From positions 868,001 to 932,000 of the forward strand of contig OY253670.1 in the NCBI GenBank assembly GCA_958009085.1: 64,000 nt of DNA, in the 5' to 3' direction. How positions within the stretch are numbered: the first letter of the stretch is position 1; each line of letters opens with the position of its first letter. Made by a program: the position numbers and the translations under genes. The notes beneath the pieces were generated by a model. The model worked only from the letters and a program-made list of their open reading frames with translations, did no database searches and had not been told where the DNA came from. The stretch comes from Protoeuglena noctilucae (taxonomy: Eukaryota). This document shows positions 52,001-64,000 of the stretch, in pieces.

Positions 52001-54962
52001 GATGGGTGGAACGATGTTGCAATTGGTGCGAGGGCGAGAAGTGCGGGAAGGCGATGAGCCAGGACGCGGGCTGTTGGTTTGCTTGGCTGAGACAGAGGCA
52101 GACGGTGGGCAACACGCATGGTGGCGTTGCAACAATGGCTTTGTCGTAAAACATCCCATGCCCGTCACCGCCTCCGCAGCCCGTGAAGGAGCTCATCCAC
52201 CAGCTGCTGGTCCGGATCGGCAGCAAGCACCCCCAGGCCGTCATGTACCCGCTGATCGTGGCCAAGAAGTCGTCATCGGTGTCGCGGAGAGGCGCCGCCA
52301 ACCACGTGATGGACTCGCTGCGGCAGCACTCGGGGAAGCTCATCAGCCAGGCGCAGATGGTCAGCAACGAGCTCATCCGCATGGCCATCCTGTGGCACGA
52401 GATGTGGCACGAGGCTTTGGAAGAGGCGTCTCGGCTCTACTTCGGGGAGGTGAGGGAGCGGGTTGGTGGCTGTGCGAGGTGCAAGATAGATCGCGGGTGT
52501 ACTAATGGAAGGGTCAGATGCTCTCACAGTCGGGCTGACCGTGACTTCCAAACTCGCCCTCTGTTTCGCAGAACAACATCGACGCGATGCTCGCCACGCT
52601 GCTGCCCCTCCACGAGATGATGCAGCCGCAGGGGCGCAGTGGCGGCGAGGCGCCTGTGACCGACCACGGGGCACTGCAGCCCACTCTCCGGTGCGTGACG
52701 TGCACAAGGGGTGCTATTCATTGCATCCACGTCGCGCAGTGTGCGTTGCGTCGTATGGATCTGGTCGACGCTCCTCGCCATGCCGCACTCGTCTATTACA
52801 TCGCCCTCCCCAGTCACCTCCGTCACCGCTTACCCCATCGCAACTAACCTTCTCATGCGCAGGGACGTTGTGAGCCACGGCCCGACCACCCCGATGGAGG
52901 TCTCCTTCGTGCAGCAGTACGGCCACGACTTGGGCGAGGCGCACTCGTGGTGCCTCAAGTTCATGCAGAGCCGGAAGGACTCGGACCTCCACCAGGCCTG
53001 GGACCTCTACTACCACGTCTTCAAGCGCATCTCCAAGCAGCTGCCGGGACTGACGTCACTGGAGCTGCAGGCCGTGTCGCCGGCGCTCCTGGCCGCCAAG
53101 GACCTGGAGCTGGCCGTGCCGGGGACGTACATCGCGGGGGAGGCGGTCGTGAACATCGCTTCATTCGGGACGCAGCTGCAGGTCATCACCTCCAAGCAGC
53201 GGCCGCGCAAGCTGACGGTCCGCGGGAGCGACGGTGCCGTGTATATGTTCCTGCTCAAGGGCCACGAGGACCTGCGTCAGGACGAGCGCGTGATGCAGCT
53301 GTTCAAGCTGGTCAACACGCTCCTTGCCACCGAGCGCTTCACGGCCGAGCACGGCCTCTCCATCGCGCGCTACGCCGTCATCCCCCTGTCACCGAACTCG
53401 GGCCTCATCGGGTGGGTGCCCAACTGCGACACCCTCCACGCCCTCATCCGGGAGTACCGGGACGCCAGGCGCATCTCGCTCAACATGGAGCACCGACTCA
53501 TGCTCAGCATGGCGCCTGGTGAGTGCTGCTAAGTTCGTTTAACTGAACCTGACCACCGCGTGTTGGGCCACCAACTGCTTTGGGGTTGCTTCTTCACTTG
53601 CCTGGTCTCAGAAACACACAGTCGCCCTCTCAGCGTTGCTGTGCGTCCGGCCCGCCAGCCTGACAGTCAGCCCCTGCGCCTTGACAGATCGCCCGACCGC
53701 CAGACTTACAACAGCTACCTTTCCACGCTTTTCCGCAGACTACGACCAGCTGACGATCATCCAGAAGGTGGAGGTGTTTGACCACGCGCTCGAGTCGACC
53801 AGCGGGGACGACCTCCGCAAGGTCCTGTGGCTCAAGTCGCGCACGTCCGAGGTGTGGCTGGAGCGCCGCACCAACTACACGCGCTCCCTGGCCGTCATGT
53901 CCATGGTCGGCTACCTCCTGGGCCTCGGCGACCGGCACCCGAGCAACCTCATGCTGGACCGGTACTCGGGGAAGCTCCTCCACATCGACTTCGGCGATTG
54001 CTTCGAGGCGTCGATGCACCGCGAGAAGTTCCCGGAGCGGGTGCCCTTCCGGTGAGGGGTGGGGAGGGCGCGGGGAGGAGCGCTCGCATCGCTGGGTCTA
54101 TCTGTGCTGTCGTCTGTACGGGACTGTCTATAGATTTCTGTGTCTATCTGCTTACCTGCGCAACTTCAATGCGTGAAGTGCTGGGAAGCAAGCTGGGCTG
54201 GCCTGGGTTTCTCAACTCTGGTGAGGCCGCCAACCGCTGCATTGGTGTCGGTCTTGCCTCGCAGACTCACGCGGATGATGACCAAGGCGATGGGCGTGAG
54301 CGGCATTGAGGGGATCTTCCGCATCACCTGCGAAAACATGATGAAGGTCCTGCGCCTCAACAAGGACTCGGGTGCGTGTTTGCATTGCAGCATCGGGCGC
54401 GGGCGTGGCCTTGCGAAGGCGGGTACTGTGGCAATGCGTCGACAACCACCTGACCCTTGCAGTCATGGCCATGTTGGAGGCCTTCGTTCACGACCCGCTC
54501 ATCAACTGGAGGCTCCTGCATGCCATGGAGCACCACGTGGGGGTGAGCCGAGGCCTAGCTGTCTTGTCGCGCATGGATGCAACCAAGTGGTGATGTGCGG
54601 GACCTCAGGTCGACCTCAGGTCTAACAAAGCCTGTCACATGCTCGATAATTCGGTCCCCGTTCCCACACCGCAGGGTCCGGGGGCGGCGCAAGGGCAGGG
54701 CAAGGACGGTCCGCCGGGGCCCAACGCGGACCCGGCGGCGGGCGTGACGGCGATGAACGCCGCGGAGGCGTTGAACGAGCGCGCCGTGGCGGTGATGGAG
54801 CGCATGTCGGACAAGCTGACGGGCCGCGACTTCGCCGTGGAGGGCCACGTTTCCGACAAGCACACGGACTCGGTGGCGTCCCAGGTCCAGAAGCTGATCG
54901 TGCAGGCCACGTGCCACGAGAACCTGTGCCAGGCGTACATCGGGTGGTGTGCTTTCTGGTGA
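43070..54962 (+). CDS. TOR: Target of rapamycin (TOR) kinase, about 27 introns
   Basis: HEAT repeats, [39 protein letters not shown] (FAT), [19 protein letters not shown] (FRB), [37 protein letters not shown] (kinase), and FATC end [13 protein letters not shown] followed by TGA. Confidence 0.98.
51009..51064. repeat. 23-bp direct duplication (CAGGCGAGGGATAAGGCATGGGG x2) at a TOR exon/intron boundary
   Basis: Copies start at 51009 and 51042. Confidence 0.8.
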
Positions 54963-55322
54963 ACACGCCCTGCGATTGCGGTGGAGGTCGCCTGATTGTT
55001 GCTCTGTGGCCCCTCCCTGTTCCTCCCCGCGTCTAGCTGAGCACGTTCCTGTATAGCAACCACCGCACACCGATCGCTAGCTACCGCGCCGCGAGTTGCA
55101 AGGCGCCCTTGAATGACCAGTGGGCTGCAGACCGGCGTTTGCGCGCCAGAGGGGTAACTGTGGGAAGGGGGATCGTAATAAATTGAAAGCGGGGACTGGA
55201 CACAATGCCAGTTGAAAATTCACGTTGCGGGCACCTGATCTCGGCCCCAAGCGACGCAACTCGAGCGCACAGTCATTTATGCAACAACTTGAAGCGCGAA
55301 CTTGGAAAGGCTCGTGGGGCTC

Positions 55323-56417
55323 ATGGCCGAGGAGGATCCCCAGTTGGAGGAGCTTGATGCGATCGAGGCTATATACGGCGATGACTGCGAATGCAGTCGG
55401 GAGTCTGGGGCGCGACTGGCCCGAGTTTGGCTCCCGAGCAGGGCCAGCGACAACCCGCTCGTTTTCGAGGTGCGCGTCGCGTGTTACAGCCTCGCTGTGG
55501 CGCATCAGCTTCTTCCAATCATCATCGTGCTCCTCGCGCAGGCGAACCTCCCCGGGGATTACCCATCCGCGTCCCCGCCCATCGTGAGCATCGAGCGCAG
55601 CGACTTGAGCGACGATGTGGTGGCTCTGATGTCTGCCGAGCTCCTTTCCATGTTCCGGCCCGGCGAGGTGGTCATCTACGCGTGGGCCGAATGGTTGCGG
55701 GAAAGCCTCGCGCCCGAATGCCCGATCGACGGCGCGAGGGAGGCCGAGGGTGAGCATGAAGCCGAGCGTCTCGCTGGTCTGAGCTTGGACGACCCACCGT
55801 CGACCTCCCACGACGACGCATCGGAAGCGAGGGGCGACGATGCGCTCATCGTCCAGGTGACACACGGTTGCGCGACCGAGCAATGTGTGGGGGACCACGG
55901 TCGCACTCAGTATGCCTGCCGTCCGCCCATGCAGGCCCCCTGGGGCGCGGTGCGGGTGACCTGCGAGGCTGACAAGCGGCGCCTGGAGGTGATGGTCGCG
56001 GTGTCCCGACGGACGCGACATGGGGACCCCTTCACTGAGAGGAAGAGCACGTTCCAGGCGCACTGCTGCCAGGTGGGGAGCGTCGAGGAGGTGCGGGCAG
56101 TGGTCGACTACCTCCTGACCAACAACAAGATAAGGAACGCGACGCACAACATCATGGCGTACCGCATCAGCGTGCCTGGCAAAGAGGGCGTGTTTCTCCA
56201 GGACTGCGACGACGACGGGGAGGACGCGGCGGGCGGGCGCCTGCTGCACCTGCTGCAGATCGCCGACGCCCGGGACGTCGTCGTCGTGGTTTCGCGATGG
56301 TTCGGCGGCGTGCTGCTGGGCCCGAGCCGGTTCAGCCTCATCAACAACGCGGCGCGCGCTCTGCTTGAGCGCGAGGGCTACATTTCCGGGGGATCGAGCA
56401 AGACGAAGAAGAAGTGA
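55323..56417 (+). CDS. IMPACT: IMPACT/Yih1 protein (RWD + UPF0029 domains)
   Basis: QLEELDAIEAIY and LPGDYPSASPP (RWD). FTERKSTFQAH, KIRNATHNIMAYRI, QDCDDDGEDAAGGRLLHLL and VSRWFGGVLLGPSRF. Confidence 0.95.
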   Translation: MAEEDPQLEELDAIEAIYGDDCECSRESGARLARVWLPSRASDNPLVFEVRVACYSLAVAHQLLPIIIVLLAQANLPGDYPSASPPIVSIERSDLSDDVVALMSAELLSMFRPGEVVIYAWAEWLRESLAPECPIDGAREAEGEHEAERLAGLSLDDPPSTSHDDASEARGDDALIVQVTHGCATEQCVGDHGRTQYACRPPMQAPWGAVRVTCEADKRRLEVMVAVSRRTRHGDPFTERKSTFQAHCCQVGSVEEVRAVVDYLLTNNKIRNATHNIMAYRISVPGKEGVFLQDCDDDGEDAAGGRLLHLLQIADARDVVVVVSRWFGGVLLGPSRFSLINNAARALLEREGYISGGSSKTKKK

Positions 56418-56428
56418 AATAGCCACGA

Positions 56429-58226
56429 CTAGTGAACGGAATTCCGCAGCGTTGCTGGGCGCTCAGCCGCGGAGTGGAGGGCTGCCCCCGCCTCGCATCC
56501 ACGGTGCAGCCTCGGCACCCGGACCGCCCGGCACCGCCCTCCCTGCGAAGAAGCAAAGCAAACACGAGAACTTGCGACCTCGCGTGGCGTGCCGGGCGCC
56601 GTGCTACGCCCCGTCCTTTTCTTGCCAAGCGCCTCACCCCTGGGCTGCCCTCGCGCTTCACGGAGCTTGTCAAGGCGCACGGCCCGCAGCGCCGAGTCGG
56701 CCTGGCGCCAGGCCACGGTGAGCGCGTAGTGTTGTAAAATCAAATGCCACTCCTCGTACTCGTCCATCAGCTCGATGCCCTCTACCCGCGACACCTGCTC
56801 CGGATCGAGCCGCGTCTCGTACACTGCGAGGGGCGCCACGCAGGTCCTTTCACGCAGTTCCAACGCGTTGATGTAAGCGCGTCTACAATGCGCATGCCAC
56901 GCGACGACGTCTTGGGCGTGACCGGCCCTCATGGTGTGCCCCACGCGCCCCTCGCCTGTGTCGAGATCCAGGGCCTCCGCGGCGCCCCATCCGTTCTGCA
57001 GGAACCGCTCCTCGTGCGACCGGAGCGTTGGCGTCGCGGCCACCCCCAGCAGCGGCGCCCCGCGCTGTGCTAGGTTCTTCACCATCATCTTCCTGAGAGC
57101 ACGAGAGGGGGCGCCCCTGACTCGACACTGCCAGAACAAAACCACACCAGTCGCGGGTTGGCTCCCCGCTGCCTGACCCGCACCCGAACGCGTCGCTTGG
57201 TCGAACCATCTCGTAGACCACCGCCACCGCGTCCTCCAAACGCCCTGCGAGCCACCCCACGAGTGAGGAGCTGCACGCGGGGTCCATGTAAACGAGGACG
57301 CACTCGGCAAGCACGAACGTCGGCGTGCTGGCGTCCAGTCTCGCTGCGTCCAGGGCTGCCTCCACGGCCGGCAGCACCCGCAGGTCCGCCGGCACTACGC
57401 TGCGGGTGCGACGCAAGCATCGCGCATTTCCACTGGCTGACCGGTGGAGTCAGAGATGCCTGAAACGATAATACGTGCTCAGTGATGCCGTTTCAGCGAC
57501 AATGGCCCTTGTGGAGTGCAGGCACGCTCACCAGTACTCGTCAGACGTGAGTCGCCCCGCCCGCACATCCACATCCGCGTTCGGCGGCAGCATCCCATTC
57601 AAGCGCTCATGCTTCTTGATCGCCGCGACCTTCTTGCTCGTCACTTCTGGAAAGTCCACCTCGACCCACCGCACGCGAGCGGCGGCCTCCCCATCCGTGC
57701 TCTGCGCCCGGGGCAACGGGGACCCGTCCACGCCGCACACCCTCGGCGCCGAGCGGTGGGTGCGTCTCCGCTCCGTCACCTTGAGTTGGAACCATGCTGT
57801 GTCGTAGCCAGCTCCCAAGGACAGCACCTGGGCGCGGGGCCCTGCTGCCGCCAAGAACTTCCGCAGCAACGCCTCGATGGCGGTGTGACGGGCAAAGTAT
57901 CCACGATTGATCAAAGGCGGGCGCTTCTGCTGGCACGGAGGGGGCTGCCGTTGGGACCGGTGCGGGGAGAGAGGCGTGCTGGGGGCGTGGCCCTGGTTGT
58001 TGGCCATGCCTCACCTCGGCGCGGCGGACGAACAGCTCAACGAAGGGGTCGGGGAAGTACCCAAGGCGGACACACGAACTGTGGGGGCAGTCGAGAAAAC
58101 GCGTGAAGCTTTGCCAAGGAAGCTTAGCAAGGGTCGCGACACAGGCGGGCGAGTTCCTTACAGCTTCGACGTCTGCGCGTCGTCGTTGGTATCCTGGACG
58201 GCTCGGTCTGCAGCTTCAGGATCCAT
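56429..58226 (-). CDS. LCMT1: Leucine carboxyl methyltransferase (PP2A methyltransferase, LCMT1/PPM1); 3' end uncertain
   Basis: AVQDTNDDAQTSKL, PPLINRGYFAR, QVLSLGAGYDT, EVDFPEVTSKK, PTFVLAECVLVYM and IELMDEYEEWHLILQHY. Confidence 0.9.
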
Positions 58227-58872
58227 AATTACCCCCTGTTGCTACCATCGGCCCAGGGGGCTGCCGCGCGCGGTGTGGGGTGGGTCTCGTGCTGCGAGAC
58301 GTGGCAGGCGAGCCCCAGGCGAGGGGAGCCTCAATCCGTCGGCGGCGGGTCGTGCCTTGCGAGCAACAGCATCGTAATCTCCCGCTGCGACCGGCGTTTG
58401 ACGCCCTCCACCCTTGCCCGCTGTTTCCTGCGCCAGACGGGCGGGGTGCCGCCTGTCAGCGGCCGCAGGGCGCCCGTGGTCGCGAAATTGACGTACGCAC
58501 AATCGCTCTGTGTCAGATCCCAACTGCGTCTGAGCCAACGGCGCGCGAGAGGTCCCAGACCCGGGAGAAGCCTGTGGGGGCGGCCAGGTGGGGCGGCGGG
58601 GGGCGCACTGGCCGCGAACGCAGCGGTATTGTCGTTTCCGGACGGAGGAGTGGCGCTGTGCGTCTGGCGCGCGCTGTCCTGGGCTCCCTCGCGGGTCTGA
58701 TACTTGAGCGGGGGAGAACTCCGCCCTGGGACCCGGGTCCAGGGTCCCGGCTCGTACCCATGTTTATTTGGCTGTATTTGAGCCCCAAGCATGGCTGCGG
58801 GGCCACAGAATGCCCCGGGTTGATTGCTGGCCCGAGTTGTCTCGACCCAGGCTGCCCGGCGCCGCTCGCAGG

Positions 58873-59846
58873 ATGTCGGACGACGACTGGGAGGGATGGG
58901 AGGACAAGGAGGTCGAGCTTCCGAACGTGAAGGCGCCGGTGGGGATGACGGCGACGGAGGCCCTGACCAAGGCGGGCGGCTACGACGCGAGCAAGTTCGA
59001 GGGGGAGGACGAGGAGGAGGACTCGCCCAAGTACGTGGTCCCGGAGTCGCAGCCGAAGAAGGAGCGCGTGAGCAAGTACGCGCACAAGGAGAACATGGGC
59101 GTGCAGAAGTACGTGGGGGACGTGACGGACAAGCTCGCGCAGCAGCGGTGAGCGGTCGCCACGGCGGCGTGGAATCCAGGTAGTTTGCTACGCAGCTGGT
59201 GCCATCAGCCACCGTGTCGCATCCGGCCTGGGCGCAGGCTACAGCAGGAGGCGGAGCTGGGGACGATCGCCGAGACGTTTGGCGCGGGGCGGGAGGTGAA
59301 TGAGCTGGACAGGTTCATCCCGGTGAAGAAGGAGGACTATAAGAAGTTCGGGAAGATGGTGGCGCAGCAGTACGTCGTGGTGCAGCACGGCAAGGTGGGG
59401 CCGCGCGTGCTGTCAACGAAAGCACGATTCGGCCTGCGGCTCAGGCGTGACCCCGCCCTCCCCGTTCGGCCCGCAGCCGGGAGCGCACTACAAGGTGCTC
59501 ATCAAGAGCCTGATGCGGGAGGTGGCCGAGCCTTGCACGGCGTCGGACCTGAGGGACTTGGAGACGGAGGTGGCGAAGCTGCGCAAGGAGAAGGCGAGCG
59601 GCAATGGGCTGGGGAGTTGCGTCAGCGAGAGCCGCGATCGAACCCCAGGTTGGTGAAATCATCGTTATGGCTTTGTTTGCGACGCAGGAGGAGAAGGAGC
59701 GGAAGGAGAAGGAGAAGATGGAGGCGAGCAAGAAGTCCACCAAGAAGAAGGGTGTGGGGCTGCGGGTGGAGCGGGATGACTTGACAGCGGGGCTCGAGGG
59801 CGACACGTATGCGCACTTGGACGACATTGACGACGACTTCATGTGA
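58873..59846 (+). CDS. eIF3j: Eukaryotic translation initiation factor 3 subunit J
   Basis: Acidic N-terminus MSDDDWEGWED, KFEGEDEEE, DKLAQQRLQQEAEL..ETFG, LDRFIP..EDYKKFG and C-terminal DDDFM followed by TGA. Confidence 0.85.
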
Positions 59847-59891
59847 GGGTTGAAGCAAGCAACGCCGATCAAGCGGCACGGGCTGCAGCTG

Positions 59892-61101
59892 CTAGGGAGT
59901 GGACAGCACAGCGAGCGCCTGCGCGTGCGCCGCGGCGTCTCCGGCTGCGAGGACCTCCCCTGTGCACGCCGCCTCCATGCCTGGCTTCCACCGAAGCGGC
60001 CGCCCCTGCCAGTCGGTGACCGCGCCTCCCGCACCCTGCGGCACGACACGCACGGCATGCCTCGCGCCCCGCACGCCGCGCCTGGCGCGAGAGTGCCCTT
60101 CTAGCTTTTGCGCTCCTCGCCTCGATGATGGGCACGAGGGCCATGTAGTCGTAAGGCTGCAGGTCCGCCTCGCAGACCAGGTCCAGGAGACCCATGGACA
60201 GCAGACCGTAGGCGTAGCAGTCGCACCCGAACATCGGAATCCGCACGGAACTCTGTCCGGGAGACGCGGGCGGACACGGGTGGGGGACCAACAGGCACGC
60301 GCAGGGCGCCGCGCACGTCATGTCGTCCGAGCGCCACTCACCGCCAAGGCCTCGTATCGCTCCTTCTGCTCCCCGCGGAACATGGCTGGGGTGGTGGACT
60401 GCATGTAAGCCAGGGAGAGCTCAGGGCAGGGCCGCGTGCGCACGGGGCGCCCGTTGTGCGTGCTGGGGCGTCCTGCTGCCCCGACCCAGCGCTCCTGCGA
60501 GATGCTCTGGTCGATGATGCCCAGCACGGGCATGCCGTCCACCGTCAGGGATATGAGCGTCCCGAAGAGCGGCTTGCCGATGATAAAGGACTTGGTCCCA
60601 TCAATGGGGTCGAGCACCCACACGTACCGCGCCCCGGCCCCGCGCCCCGCTTCCAGCCCCCGCTCCTCACTGTGGCAGGGCAGGACGGCCAGCGTCAGGG
60701 AGGCACGGGGTCACGACGCGACTGCCCCGGCCAGCCCCCCAGCGACCTGCAAGACCAGCCTCTCACCCGAACACGCCGTGGTCGGGAAACTGCTGCCTCA
60801 GGACCCTCCGCATGGCCTCCTCGGCCTCGCGGTCCGCCACAGTCACCGGCGAGTCGTCCTTCTTGTGGTCCACGGCCACGGGGGTGCGGAAGTAGCGCCG
60901 CGTGACCTCCGCGGCCGCGTCGGCCATCGCATGCGCCGCTGCCAGCAAGTCGTCGGTCACAGCATCGCCCATCGGAGCTGCCCGAACCGACAATTGTCGC
61001 AGCAGGTGTCGCTGTGCGCCGGCCTGCCGCGCAGTCCCCAGCGGGGCAATCCAGTTGGCTGCCCGGGACGCAGCGAGCCTCGCCGCGGGGACCAGCGGCA
61101 T
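59892..61101 (-). CDS. HISN7: Plastid histidinol-phosphate phosphatase (inositol monophosphatase family, HISN7/IMPL2)
   Basis: Transit-like N-terminus. KKDDSPVTVADREAE, FPDHGVFGEE, WVLDPIDGTKSFIIGKPLFGTLI, GCDCYAYGLL and LQPYDYMALVPIIEGAGG. Confidence 0.9.
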
Positions 61102-61408
61102 GGTCCCCAGCGCGGACGCGGCCTACGCGCCTTCCTACGGCGCAGGGGGAATCCGAGAACCGGGCGGCCGGAGCGATTGCTGAAATTCGCTGCTCGCCAG
61201 CGCAAGTGTGTTTCACGTGCCAGTTCCGTGCGTTCGAGGTCGCGGACGACATCATGGCGCTCTCCATAGTTGCGACGTGACTGACTCCTGCGTGGGATGC
61301 GGTGGACAGTTGTGGCACTCCTTGCGCGCGCGGATCCGCGGCAAACTTGCGTGAACTTTGGCGGCCACTTGTTCAGCGCGGATCTCGGGTCTAGGCTCGA
61401 ACGGTGAC

Positions 61409-63571
61409 ATGGGATTGAGCCAGGGTCTCCACCTCATTGCGGAGGAGCTGGCAAAGGACCTGCAGTGGGCGCTGGGCCCGCTCCAGACCGTGCAGGCAGC
61501 GGCTGCGAAACACGTGGTGAATCCGGCCAGCCAGTTGATACAGAAGCAGTATAATGGGACGGCGGTGCAGGGTGCTGTGGATGGTGAGGATTGCGCATGG
61601 GCTTCGGGCGAACGGGCTGCTTATGCGAAGGCGAGCGAGCACGCGTTGCCGCTCTCATGCCACGCAGGCTTCGTGGCTCGGATCGGTGCGGCCGCGGGGG
61701 CACTAGAGCCGTACGCGAACGCAGCGTGGCGCGCGGCGGAGCCGGCATGGCGCCCCGCGCAGTCATACGCATGGCGGTGGCAGGGCGTGTTGGACTCGGC
61801 GCTGGCGGACGTACCACCGCACGCCGTGGTGCTGGTCGGGGCCGCCGCGGGCGTGATGCTGGCCGCCGCTGCCTCGTGGACGTGGTCGGTTCTGAGCCGG
61901 CGCCGCGAGCGCACCGCCCTCCAGACGTTCTTCGACACGGTCAAGGCTGTGCCCGGGGTGTCGCACCTGGTGGCGCGGGAGCGTGGGCGACTCGTCAACA
62001 AGATCCGTGCGGGCGTCGCACGAGGGGACGCAAACGTCATCGAGGCGCTCCCTGCGGAGGTGAGCACGAAGGGGCGAGCGGCTGTGACGCCCTCTATTGT
62101 GGCTGCGACCTCACTGCCGCCGTCCTCTCCTTGCAGGGCATGGACAAGGAGTCGGTGCTGGCACGACTGGGAGCCCGCGAGCGAGCGGATGTTCGCGTGC
62201 CGTCCCACACCAGCACGGTCAGTGGGGCCGTGTACCCGGCTGGGGATGAGTGCCTGGACCTCATGATGCGCGCCTACGAGGCCATGGCTCTGACCAACCC
62301 GCTGCACCCGGACGTGTTCCCGTCGGCGCGGCAGATGGAGGCCGAGGTCGTGGCTATGACGGCCTCCTTCCTCGGGGGCGGTCGCGCCGGGCCCTGCCGC
62401 ACCGTCTGTGGTGCCATGACGAGCGGCGGCACGGAGTCCATCCTCAGCGCCGTCAAGGCCTCCCGCGACTTCATGTTCTCTCGACGACCTGCCACCCGTG
62501 ACGCCCCAGAGATGGTCCTGGCTGACTCGGCGCACCCAGCGTACCTGAAAGCAGCCAGCTACTTTAAGATCCGCGGTGAGCCTTTGCCCGGGTTGGGAAG
62601 CGCAACTCGGCGCATCAATGCGCGTCGGTGTGTGTTGGTGCCCGACGTCCACACCGTCGTGCTCGTGTGCAGTGGTGACAGTGCGCGTGGACCCAAAGAC
62701 CTTCCGCCTGCGCGCGTCTGACGTGGCCCGGGCCATCACACGCCGGACGGTGCTGGTGGTCGCGTCGGCGCCTGGCTTCCCCCACGGCCTCGTCGACGAC
62801 TTGGAGGGCATCGCGGCCGTGACGCACCGCCGTGGGGTTTGCCTCCACGTGGATGCATGCCTGGGGGGCTTCTTCCTGCCCTTTGCACGGCGCGCGGGGC
62901 GCGCCCCCAACCTGCGCCCCTTCGACTTCTCGCTCCGTGGCGTGACGAGCATGTCCGTCGACACGCACAAGTTCGGGATGGCACACAAGGGCACCTCCGT
63001 GGTCCTGTATCGCTCCCCCGAGATCCGCCGGCACCAGTTCACAGCCATCACCGACTGGTCCGGCGGGCTGTACATCTCGCCCGGCATGGCGGGGTCGCGC
63101 TCCGGCGCCCTCATCGCCACCGCCTGGGCCGCCATGCTCTACCACGGCTCCCGGGGCTACGAGGCGATCGCCAGCCAGCTCCTGGACGCCCGCGACGTCC
63201 TCGTCGCCGGCATCCGCGCCGTCCCGGGGGCCGAGGTCATCGGTGAGCCCGAGATGTCGGTGGTCGCCTTCCGGAGCGTGGATCGCGCTGTTGACATCTA
63301 CCGTGTCCACGAGATCCTCACCCGCAAGGGCTGGCACCTCAACGCCCTTCAGCGACCCCCCGCACTGCACATGTGCCTCACGGCGCGGTCCGCTGGCTCG
63401 GCCGCGGCGCTGGCGCATGACGTGAGCGAAGCATTCGCCACAGTCCGCGCCCAGCCAGGGGCGGGGTCGGGGGGCATGGCGCCCGTCTACGGCATGGCGG
63501 GGACGTTGCCGGACCGCGGCGCCGTCGCCGACGTGCTGGTGGCCTACCAGGAAGTCGTTTTGGAGGTTTGA
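61409..63571 (+). CDS. DPL1: Sphingosine-1-phosphate lyase (PLP-dependent)
   Basis: VSGAVY, TNPLHPDVFPSARQMEAEVVAM, TSGGTESIL, LHVDACLGGF, SMSVDTHKFG (PLP Lys), DWSGGLYISPGMAGSRSG and MAPVYGMA. Confidence 0.95.
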
Positions 63572-63582
63572 GCTGCGGGCCA

Positions 63583-64000
63583 TCAGCAGGCTGGCCGCTG
63601 CCAGTTGAAGCATGCTGGAAGAGATGGGCAACGAAAAGCGACTTCTGCCGCTAGAGATCGTTCTTGTGTGCGCATAGGGCTTGAGCATTCCCCGATTGCT
63701 GCCCAGCGACCACCGCGCAGGGTTGGTTGTGGAGCCCCCCTCACCTCTATGGGCGCCAGGCTGCGATAGTTGGAGCGCGGCGGCGCCCGTGAGCGTCCAT
63801 GGAGGTCATCGACTCTCTCGCAGCCGCAACGCTCCTCTCGGGGGTGAGATGGCGACGGACAGGCCCTGTGCGACATCTGCGACACGACCCGCGACCGCGT
63901 TGGCCCTGAGCACTGCTGTACCTCCTGGATTGCAGGACGAATCGAACGTAGCGATTTTCGATGCAAAGGCGATCAGCGAGCTGTCGCCGGAGCGCCAGGG
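63583..64000 (-). other. Possible 3' fragment of another gene entering from the window edge
   Basis: Open frame and a GTGAG donor-like site near 63744. No recognisable motif. Confidence 0.2.

Noticed and set aside
54601..54622. Tandem near-palindrome GACCTCAGGTC x2 in a TOR intron
   Set aside because: Too short, and seen only once. No support for a mobile element or regulatory role.

Overview
This is eukaryotic nuclear DNA, not prokaryotic. It is GC-rich and gene-dense, with many short (mostly ~80-250 nt) spliceosomal introns. A nucleus-encoded plastid rpl33 with a transit peptide, plus ClpR3 and HISN7, points to a green alga (Chlorophyta). I hand-spliced about 22 protein-coding genes: GAA1-like (partial), RMND1/DUF155, CotH-family kinase, OTU+SEC-C deubiquitinase, BBS10-like chaperonin, two inverted ABCG paralogues, ClpR3, plastid L33, aspartic protease, VPS60, PPDK, a very large TPM-like/RING/coiled-coil protein, ClpP, BAP31-like, an ankyrin-acyltransferase fusion, TOR, IMPACT, LCMT1, eIF3j, HISN7 and sphingosine-1-phosphate lyase. 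Main points of interest: (1) many GC-AG introns, with 18 located by reading frame or homology; (2) in-frame stops in PPDK and BAP31, each one G>T change from a sense codon; (3) a BBS10-type chaperonin in a green alga; (4) an ankyrin-fused stand-alone malonyl transferase; (5) a His/Pro repeat inside the protease saposin insert; (6) one intron identical between otherwise diverged ABCG copies. Gene spans include introns. Family calls come from recalled motifs; no searches were run.
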